Source: Takakia lepidozioides
Lineage: Eukaryota; Plantae; Bryophyta
Assembly (NCBI GenBank): GCA_030704615.1
Contig: JAKLZA010000342.1
Span: 1 to 9,990, forward strand
Length of the DNA: 9,990 nucleotides
Direction: 5' to 3'
Of the stretch, positions 1 to 8,442 are shown one piece after another. The notes under the pieces were generated by a model, which was not told the origin of the DNA, did no database searches, and saw only the letters and a list, made by a program, of their open reading frames with translations. Every line of letters starts with the position of its first letter. Positions within the stretch are counted from its first letter, which is position 1. Position numbers and translations under genes: made by a program.

Positions 1-121
1 CAGATCTACATTGGTTCCAGGTTATCACTACACACGGCAGCATGGTGTCCAGGTTTATGACACTGAATCAGAATGCAAGAATGAAGACAACAGTGACCAT
101 TCTGAATTTAGTGACGAACAG

Positions 122-157
122 GCTCTCTCTTTCTCTCTCTCTTCACTTATTTCTCTC
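122..157. repeat. CT/GA-rich low-complexity tract in the LTR (copy at ~8877-8912; related tracts at ~8535-8556 and ~8352-8400)
   Basis: gctctctctttctctctctcttcacttatttctctc seen directly; GA-rich on the element sense strand. Confidence 0.6.
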
Positions 158-1205
158 ACTGTCATCACAACATCAGGTGCATCCATCCTTTCCACGTTCT
201 GGTCTGAAGTCCAGAGTCTCCATTCCCATTTCAAAAACTTTTTCTTGTCACATGTCTCTACCTTTTCTCTTCTGCCAAGATGGCAGTCCTAAATCTACCA
301 AAGCAATTTCTAAGTCCACCCAAAAGAAGCCTATGTTCATCGACTTATCTGTTTTTATCCACTAGTGAAGCGGCGGGTCTGCCTGTCAAGGTGGCACCTT
401 GCCATCGCCCGTCAGCAGCCACTTCAACCCTTTCTCTTTGTCTTGATTCCAGACCTTATGACGCCATGATGGCTCCCCTTCTTCACTTGGACCATCCTGT
501 GGCCTGACAACCAGATTACGCTATGCAATTCTTCCTCTCGAATTGGCCTGGTCCTATAACAAGGAGACACAAGCAGCTAGAAGCTTAATGACAGAGAACC
601 TGAGATACCATACAGCCGAACTCCACATGCTTTACCTCCCCCCCATTGATTGTGCCCAGACTCTCTTCCCTGTGCTTTCAGCAGCTGGCCTTTTCCTTGC
701 TTGCTCATCTGCCCATAACTATCATCTTCAAGGCACTGGCGGCAGTGGTGGTGCGCCGCTTTCCTTACATGCTTCTATCTCTTGGAATTGATCATCACTA
801 CGAGAGAGGCGGCACCGCTTCTTCTACACAGAATACCAAGCAGAGGCGTCTTAATGCCGCTTCCTAAGCCAAGCAAGATCCCACCGCGCAGGTACAACCT
901 CCTAACACAGGCTGCCCTGCCGACACCACTGCTTGCAACAGCCGCTACGAGCCATCCGTCATCTTCCTCTTCGTTTTTCTCAACCCGCGATCTTTTAGGT
1001 CAAGAACCAGTGATGAAAACGTTCATCGCATGGATGAAAATGTGTACCGTCATGACTTAGCCATTTTCTCCTGGCAAAGCATAAGTTCAGTGCGCTCATG
1101 AAATTACCTACATGAAGGGATACATCCTTTCTGCAGTTGGGATGACGGGCACTCCGTCATAGTGATGTAGGTCGTAATGGTAAACATATGTAATGTTCTC
1201 TCCCC

Positions 1206-1220
1206 TGCATTCACACTACA
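1206..1220 (-). repeat. U3 terminal inverted repeat / integrase att site of the 3' LTR
   Basis: Minus strand TGTAGTGTGAATGCA; identical to 9975..9989; 14/15 match to the plus-strand sequence at 8443..8457. Confidence 0.8.
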
Positions 1221-1231
1221 TATGTAGTGTG
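1212..1231. repeat. Perfect 20-bp palindrome CACACTACAT|ATGTAGTGTG spanning the PPT/LTR junction
   Basis: 1212-1221 cacactacat is the exact reverse complement of 1222-1231 atgtagtgtg. Confidence 0.95.
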
Positions 1232-1242
1232 TCTCCCTTTTT
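1232..1242 (-). promoter_or_regulatory. Polypurine tract (PPT) AAAAAGGGAGA
   Basis: Pure purine run on the minus strand overlapping the integrase TAA (1243-1241), just upstream of the 3' LTR and absent from the visible 5' LTR copy. Confidence 0.8.
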
Positions 1243-2550
1243 AAGTGTCAGGGTCCTCACTGACCACCTTCACTGGCTGATCACACACTGGTGGTACGAA
1301 GGGTTTCAAGTCCCTCCTACTTCTTGTCCATTCCTTGTTTGCCCCATCTCTTAGCCTGCATCTGCGTGCAGCTTCCCCTGTCCTTGTGGTGTTTCCTGCA
1401 TCTTTGTACCCCAAAAAGTCATAAGGTCCCTCCCATGGAGATGTCATGGAAGATCTCTTTCCAGGCCTCAACATCATAACCTTGCTGTTTTCCATCAACT
1501 TGCAGTAGGTATGCCCAGTTTGATGCCTCCTTTCATAATCCCTTGCCTGCTGCCGCTGCCCTTTCTTCACATTTTTTCGCAGCTTTGCCTTCATCTCTGT
1601 GAGAAGCTGGATTTTCTGCTGCATCATAAGTGTGACCTCTGCTACAGATCCATCAGAATTTACTGGTGTTGTAAGAAAATGCAACCTGTTGTCAATTCCC
1701 AGCCTTGGAATTCTACCAGTAAGTACCTGAAAAGGTGAGAATCCAGTGGAAGCATGGACACCCATTCTGTAACCAAACAGGGCCTTATAGAGATTCTGAT
1801 CCCATTCAGTGTCGTTTCCAACTCCTAGGGTGGTGATGCTCTGTTTGAGAGACTTAATGACCCTTTCCACCATACCGTTACACTGAGGCCAGTAGGGGGC
1901 GCTATGCTCCCTCTTTATACCGTATTCGTGGCATGTATTCAAACTCACCTCCCCACTCTGTGCCATTGTCAGTGAGCAACGTATGTGGGCAGCTATACCT
2001 GTCAATTACTTCTTCCTCAAGAAAGCGGGCAGCAAGGGCTGCTGTATGATCTGCCACTGGTGCAGCTTCTATCCATTTTGAGAAGTGATCGATTGCCACC
2101 AGAAAGTACTGATTGCCCCTGCTGGTTATAGGTAATGGTCCTGCCGTGTCAATTGCAACTCTGAAAAACAGATCTACTACTGGAATGCTGTGAAGTTTTG
2201 AGCTACCTGAGCGCAACACTCCGTTCTGTTTGGCCATCTGACATTTACCACAGCCCTTGAGAACTTTCCTGATGAGTTTTGTTCTATCATGCCAGAAATA
2301 ACGTCGGCATATCTCCTCTTGAGTTCTTCTGACTCCAAAGTGGCCAGTGGCTTCATGTACTTCAGTGATTATTGCCCCTCTGTCAGTTCTTGGTGGAACT
2401 ACCCTTCCATCAAAGTAGACCTCACCTTTGAGATAGGAGTACTGCCTTGCCCGCCTCTTGGCTCTCGTGCTCTCCTCTTTTGTCAGGTAGTCATTGACTT
2501 CTCCAAAACATAAGAGGTGCATGACTTCCACATCATCAAGCACATCAGGT
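1241..2550 (-). CDS. Integrase domain (HHCC, DDE core, GPY/F; no chromodomain)
   Basis: HEATGHFG...CGKCQ zinc-binding motif; VAIDTAGPLP, TDNGTEW and PQCNGMVER catalytic D-D-E; WEGPY motif; one frameshift at ~1934-1940. Confidence 0.95.
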
Positions 2551-5500
2551 TGCCTTTCCTCCTTAACAGCTGCTGTATGCTGGTCAGAGCTGATGAGAGA
2601 GCTTTTCCCCCATCTTTCAGCCTCACGTAATAATGACATCTGAGTAGCTTTGGTGGGTGCGGTCCATGGTACCCAGTCCCCTTCATCAATCTTGTTGCAA
2701 GAAGAAGTGTCTGGTTCTGAACCACTTGTTCCATCACTGTCTGAAGAACAAAACGTCTTGGTGGAACACTCACCCCCCATGTTTTCCTTGGCTGGGCATT
2801 CTGATGAGGAAGTCACCCGCGTTCTTCTTGTAGTTGGAGTGCTTGTCAAGTCTTGAAGGAATGGTGTCTCTTGCAAGCTTCCCTTTTCATTGTTCGATCT
2901 CTCTTCCACAAGTTCACAGGCTGGATGTACCTCGCTCAGCTCCTTATCACGAGCACGAGATCCTCGGGTAATCACATGGATGGTGGGACAAGAGGGCATC
3001 AGATGCTCCCTTTCCTTGTTGCTGATTGCAGTAGCCTCTATCCTTCCTGCACCCTTATCCTTCCAAATACCCTCCCTTACCAGATTGACAGAGCTTGATT
3101 GATCAATACCCTTTCCTTGTTTTTTTGTAGCAAAAGTCTGTGCAGCAAAAGTCACCCTCTTTCCTTCTCCATCTGGCATTATGCCTGGTTTCAGTTCTCC
3201 CTTCAATATGCCATGATCCTTGGTCAACATTCTACCTGTGGAAGGTCTTACTATGCCCGGAACGAACTCAAATGAAAAGTCACCAAGTAAGTCTATGCCT
3301 ATGTGGTGCTCTGAGTACAGCCACCATATGGATCTAGATCTGTTTCCAAAGAAAAATGACTTCCCAACAGTATTTTCTTGAAGTGCCAAAGGCCCCATAC
3401 ACATGCATAGTACTCTTCTCTTTTGCAAATCATCTCCCCTTTTTCACTCTGCTATACCCTACTTGCCTATGAGCTTCTTCTCTCAACTCCTCCTTACCCT
3501 CCTTAAATTGAAATAACGAAGCATTGATGGCACCCCTATCCCAAGCTAGCTTAAGAAGATAGGCTCCATCCCTCTTTCTCCCTTCTCTTTTCTGACTGTA
3601 CAGAGAAGTAGAGTATACCTCGATTTCCTCGGTTTCCTCAGCTGGTCCCACTGGATACCTGCTTAGTGCATCTACGTTAGCATGCCTAGCACCTGCTCTG
3701 TGAACAATTTTAAACTCAAAATCTTGTAACATCATGATCCATCTACCCCTGCGTCCATATGCGTCACTTACCGTTGCCAACCACTCCAGTGGTTTGTGAT
3801 CAGTCCTGATTACAAAAGGGGTTCCATACAGGTACTGCCGAAAGTGTAATACTCCCCACACCAGGGCATAGCATTCACCTTCCATAGGGTGATATTTGCG
3901 CTGAGCATCAGATAGTACCTTACTGGCGTATGCAATGACCCTCTCCTTTTTATACTCCTTTTGTGACAAGACTGCCCCTACTCCTTTGATGGACCAATCA
4001 ACATCCAAGACGAACGGTCTTGAGAAATCTGGTCTTGCCAGGATGGGAGCAGTTACCAACTTCACCTGTAAGGCAGAAAAGGCGTTTTGTGCCTCTGCAC
4101 TCCAGATAAACTTCACATCCTTTTTGGTTAGAGTGAACAACGGTACTGCCACTCCAGCATATCCTTTGACATAGGGCCTATAGTACCCTGTCATGCCTAA
4201 GTAGCTTTTGAGAGCAGTGTGGTTTTTTGGCAAGGGAAACCTTTCAATAGCAGCTATCTTATCTGGATCAGGCCACGTTCCCTCTTCAGAGATCACATGC
4301 CCAAGGAATACCAACTGTAAGTTGGCAAAGTAACACTTGTCCGGATTGAGCCTAAGATTGGCCTTTCTAACCTTGCTCAATACTCTCTTTATATGTCCCA
4401 CGTGATCTCCCCAGTCCTTGCTATGGATATTGACGTCATCTACAAAACTTTAGCGCAATCTTTGATTTCTTCCTTGAGAACCTATTCATCGTTCTCTGAA
4501 AGGTAGCAGTGGCATTTTTTAGCCCGAATGGCATGACTAGCCATTCATACAATCCCTTCTTTGTGATCACTGCTGTTTTGCCTATGTCTCGGTCGTCCAT
4601 TTTGATCTGCCAAAAACCAGATTGTAAATCCAGCGCAGAAAACCACTTGGCTTTCCCCAACTGGTTTAAAACATCCTGAATCAATGGCATAGGGTAAGAG
4701 TCCCTTCTGGTTAAACGGTTTACTGGCCTAAAATCACCACAAAACCGCTTGGATCCATCCTTTTTTGGTGGAAGGGTAACTGGACACGACCATTCTGAGC
4801 TACTCTCTCTCATCTTGCCTTGTGAGATCAAAGTCTCAATTTGTCCTTGGACCTCGTCTTCCTCCCATTCTGATAGGCGGCTGGGACGACGACTTCTGCA
4901 AGGGGGAAAACCTTGTGTGTCAATTGTGTGTTCCACCTCACTGCAGTATCCCAAGTCAGCCTTGCTAAGAGCAAAGCATTCCTGGTTTGCTTTCAGCTCT
5001 TGTTCCAGCTCTATCCTATGTTCTGGGCCAGTTCTGGGTTGATGTGCAGTCTGGATTTCAGACTTCTCCAACGACTCTCCATTTCTTCCTCTTGACTGGG
5101 TTCCCAATTTTTTTTCTCCACCTGGCTTACAGAGTTAGCCATTCTCTGTCCTTCCTCTTGTGTGACAACCTGATTCCAATCATGGAAGTCATCCTCTATT
5201 TCTAGGTTGTTGTTCCCTAGTTCACCATTCCAAGCTTTCTGGTAAGCTTCCTGTATTATGGCAGCAGCCATGCTCTTATGGGTCTCTTCCTGAAGGAGTT
5301 CAGACATCCCTTGGTCCTCGAACAAGTCCTCCCCTAGGTTGACCTCGTCTATTATTTCCTCAACATCCCTCAGTGCTGTTTCTACCTCCTTACTCTCCTC
5401 AGAGCCTCCCATCTCCTCATCTTTATCAGATTTAGAGGTGTCAGAACCTGAGGATGCTTCCTCCGTGTCCTCATATTCTTCCTCTGGTTTTCTTTTCTTC

Positions 5501-6516
5501 TCCCACAAGCCTAGGTACTGTTCATCTGACGTCAGGGTTAAGACATTACCTGCTGACGTACTGCTTGCATATCTCATTCTACTCTCGACCCCTCTATGGT
5601 AGGCTGTTTTGGTAACTGCAGGCTCATTATAATTGATGGTGTGCAAAGGGAAGTGAGCAAAATCCTTTCCTGGCCCATAGCGTACGCGAATTGTTTCAGC
5701 TTCGGTGTCCACTACAGCGCCAAACTTTTTGAGAAAGTCTAATCCCAGCAGCATGTGATATGTATCCGTGTTCACCACCATAAAGGACAAACGATTGGTC
5801 AGTTCTCCTACTTTGACCTTGATGTCCTCAAGTCTGCCCATTGCAGTCTCAAGAGCACCTGAGGCTACTCTGTAATTTACATCCTTACTAGTAATGACAG
5901 ATCCCATCAAACCAAGATCCCTGACTGTACTAGCTGATATTACAGAAAGCATGGCACCAGTGTCAATCTGGCCTAATACTTGGTAATCTCCCATTGTAAT
6001 CATTACATGAAGCGCTTTAACCTTACCTGTATAAGCATACGAGATCGTGGGCTCAGCGTGTGCTGAGTACAAAGGCCTTGGTACATCCTTCACAACTTCT
6101 ACACTGTGAGTTGTCTCCCTTTGTTGGACCATTGCTCTTTCCACCACTTTGACCAGCCCTTTTAATTTGTCTAGCTCTCCGGGCACAGTCATGATCAGGT
6201 CCATGGGTGACAACGATATTCTCCCTTTGTAGAAGTGGTTCAAGATTCTGGATTTCGTACCTCCTTCTATAGCATTCTTGAAATTGTTCTTTGGGTAGAT
6301 TTCACTCTTGGTCTTGCTTGGCTGTTCACTGCTCTCACTATTCCTTTCTGGTGACCCTGTAGGTTCAACAATCGGACTCTGGACAGGTATGCGTGTCCTT
6401 GGAAGTCTGACTTCATTGATACTATTTTGTGACATCAGATCTGTCATCTCTGCGAGTACATCATCCTCATCATCATAGAACACATCTACAAAGTTAGTTC
6501 CCGGAGTTCCCATCAT
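1241..6516 (-). CDS. pol: Pol polyprotein (PR-RT-RNaseH-linker-INT), split into ORF-track pieces 5011..6516, 4436..5107, 3430..4401, 1902..3428 and 1241..2005 by small frameshifts
   Basis: The pieces join into one frame by 1-2 nt corrections at ~5025 (GGG run), ~4481 (CC), ~4444 (AAAA), ~3436 (CCCC) and ~1936; all catalytic motifs are present. Confidence 0.93.
3655..4020 (-). CDS. RNase H domain (Ty3/Gypsy type)
   Basis: PFVLDVDWSIKGVGAVLSQ ... IAYASK ... EGECYALVWGVLHFRQYL ... TDHKPLEWL ... HANVDALSR. Confidence 0.95.
4290..4850 (-). CDS. Reverse transcriptase domain
   Basis: KKDGSKRFCGDFRPVN, FSALDLQSGFWQI, GLYEWLVMPFGLKNA, reconstructed KV(F/Y)VDDVNIHS (DD at 4440-4435), LNPDKC, FLGH. 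Confidence 0.96.
5650..6010 (-). CDS. Retropepsin-type aspartic protease domain
   Basis: GQIDTGAMLSVI active site (~5964-5953), VASG flap, MLLGLDFL C-terminal motif. Confidence 0.92.
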
Positions 6517-7348
6517 AGTTTGGTCGAGTACTCACTCTCCGTATGCCCGAGTAGCTTGCAAAAGTTGCATCTCACACCACACATTTCCGTGGAATGCCCG
6601 AACCGGTGACATTTGTCACACTTAGCTGGGGTTCTTCCTTCAGGACAATATGCAGCTATGTGACCTTCTTTGTGACAAACATTACAAAGGCGAACACGAG
6701 GTGGTGTTCTAGATCCCGAGCTTTCTCCTATGACTGGTCCCCTATCAAAGTACTTCTGTAGGGTAGTGTTCAGCTGATCAAGTCTTCTGTCCACAGGGTT
6801 AACAAACACAACTGACTCATCTGTATCATCTCCTTCCAATGGCTCTAGAGGTATTTCCCCTAACTTTCCCAGGCCCCTTTCAATCTCAATGGCTGTGTCA
6901 AGTGCTTCCTCTACATCAAGGAAGCGCCTGCCCAGCATTACTCTTGCTATTTCTGGTCTCAAACCTGCTGCAAATCTACGCCTCTGTTCCAAATCAGACG
7001 CCCCACTTCTTATAAATAACCGGTTCAACCTATCGAAGTATGTTTGAACCCTTTGTCTACTCTCCTGTTTAATGGTATCCATTCTTAGCCTAATTTCTGC
7101 GCCAAGTCAACGATACCAAACTTGGCTGAAATTGCTGCCCTAAAGTCCACCCAGTTGTTTGGTCTAGGGTTTTGTTTACGGTACCATTCATCAGCCTTGG
7201 CTCTCAGGTTGAGCCTTGCTACCTTGAAAGTTTTGTCCTCATTCAAATCCCTGACATCTGCCTCCATCTGAATCCTCTCCAGCCAGTCATTTACATCCTC
7301 ACTATTCCTACCATGATAAGGCGCATCTATGCTGGTTGGACTGGTCAT
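6513..7348 (-). CDS. gag: Gag (retrotransposon capsid domain plus CCHC zinc knuckles), with one apparent 2-nt insertion at ~7099-7102
   Basis: YHGRNSEDVNDWLERI ... LRAKADEWY ... WVDFRAAISAKF ... IKQESRQRVQTYFDRL ... FAAGLRPEI. Removing one GC gives VDLAEIRLRMDTIKQ and joins ORFs 7085..7348 and 6513..7082. Knuckles CNVCHKEGHIAAYC, CDKCHRFGHSTEMC and CNFCKLLGHTESEY. Confidence 0.92.
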
Positions 7349-7419
7349 CCTTCTATTCTCTAGTCAAAGTTCAAACTGTTTCAACACCTAATTCTGACTC
7401 TAATTTTCCCGCAACTCCC

Positions 7420-7731
7420 TTAATGTTGACCTCTATACCACTCCCACTGTCCATTTCGCAACATCTCTACTCTACCTCCCCATGTCACCTCTCGTGCCAT
7501 GGTATTTATCTTCACCCACCTTCCTAACTCTCTTATCCAAAGTGCTATGGTTGTTCTTCCACCAGTATGTATTACTCTAAGACATAAATCACCATTCGCT
7601 ATTCTCCAAGCAGGGTTGAAGAAGTACAAACAAGGGTCTGCGTGTGCATTTGGTGTGCGTCTGCTGAAGCAAATCAGCACATCTCCAATGCTTGGTTCAT
7701 CAGGAATCAGTGTGTGGTCTCTTCCTGCCAT
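7420..7731 (-). CDS. Putative extra small ORF (103 aa from ATG 7731; Trp-rich) between PBS and gag, function unknown
   Basis: Uninterrupted sense-strand frame MAGRDHTLIPDEPSIGDV...GQWEWYRGQH fills most of the PBS-gag interval. Stops in all frames separate it from the gag ATG (7348). No recognisable motif. Confidence 0.5.
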   Translation of the reverse strand: MAGRDHTLIPDEPSIGDVLICFSRRTPNAHADPCLYFFNPAWRIANGDLCLRVIHTGGRTTIALWIRELGRWVKINTMAREVTWGGRVEMLRNGQWEWYRGQH

Positions 7732-7790
7732 CAAACCATCCAATACCAGTCAAGATCCCTAGCTAGTAGAAATCAAGATTTAACAACGTA

Positions 7791-7802
7791 GCTCTGATAC
7801 CA
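7791..7802 (-). promoter_or_regulatory. Primer binding site complementary to the 3' end of initiator tRNA-Met
   Basis: Minus strand TGGTATCAGAGC, the canonical plant iMet PBS 12-mer, correctly oriented upstream of gag. Confidence 0.9.
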
Positions 7803-7804
7803 AA

Positions 7805-7827
7805 AGAAGGGGCGTGAATCCCCTTCT
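7805..7827. other. Perfect 8-bp stem hairpin abutting the PBS
   Basis: agaagggg (7805-7812), loop cgtgaat, ccccttct (7820-7827); 2 nt from the PBS. Confidence 0.85.
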
Positions 7828-8442
7828 GTATAATTCTAATTGTGCTCCCCTCCATTGATTGCGGAGCAAGAGGAAAGAAGCGTTCTTTCTAATCTGTCCA
7901 ACTGTCGTCACTTGGCTGTGGGTTTCCCTCAGCTCCTCCGTGATCAGAGTTCAAGCAATCCTCATCCACGCCGCAGCGGAAGGGAAGACATGGATGGGGA
8001 GTCAATTTGTTGTTCACTCTTGGTTCTACCTTTTACACAACATCCCCTATCAGCAGGTACAGCACCAGCTATGCTGGTGCGATGTATTCAGTGATGCAAA
8101 TCAGCCCAATGGCAGCGGTAAACACGATCCTTTATGTGAAGCCCACTTGAGCAGTGACAGGTCGGAAATCCCCTTTTTGTAGTGGTGACACAGATTTAGG
8201 AGGAGGCAGCTCAGATCTTCATGGTCTGCAGGGCACTGGTTTCTTCAGGTTTCAGTTTTCTTCTCTCATCTCATCTCCCCAAATTGGCCAACCCCACCCC
8301 CCCACAACCCTTTTGAATTGCAGCTCTCTCCTTACCCAAATCCCATTTTTCACTCTCTCTCTTTCTTTTCCCTTTTTGTCTGTTTCACTATCTCTGTCTA
8401 TGTCCCCAGGTTCCCCACTATTTCACAGCAGCAGATCTGTCA

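Larger units (their letters stand above)
1..1220 (-). repeat. 3' LTR (partial; begins TGTAGTGTGAATGCA at 1220 on the minus strand and continues beyond position 1)
   Basis: Direct repeat of 8757..9989 (manual alignment: 13 indels, 5 substitutions). Identity stops after ...cacactaca (1221 = t, 9990 = a, only one flanking base visible). Starts with TG, 11 nt downstream of the PPT. Confidence 0.95.

Noticed and set aside
775-1053. Possible ~90-aa sense-strand ORF in U3 (MTVHIFIHAMNVF...INSKR) if indels from the two LTRs are combined
   Set aside because: Requires cherry-picking alleles from each copy; not open in either copy and has no motif.
11-1060. Overlapping short plus-strand ORFs in the LTR (and counterparts 8449..9830)
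   Set aside because: No recognisable motifs, low-complexity S/L/P composition, and frames differ between the two LTR copies.
1241-1400. Chromodomain or env-like ORF after integrase
   Set aside because: Integrase ends about 60 aa after WEGPY with no chromodomain pattern, and the PPT follows immediately, leaving no room for env.
1291-7527. Short plus-strand ORFs antisense to gag-pol
   Set aside because: Shadow frames of the well-supported minus-strand coding sequence.
1241-7802. Endogenous caulimovirid (shares the iMet PBS away from a terminal repeat and the PR-RT-RH order)
   Set aside because: A full DDE integrase, retrotransposon Gag and LTRs are present; no movement protein seen.
8178-8185. 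tgtagtgg as a third candidate U5 end
   Set aside because: Only a 7-bp match to the LTR tip, with no PBS beside it; plausible by chance.
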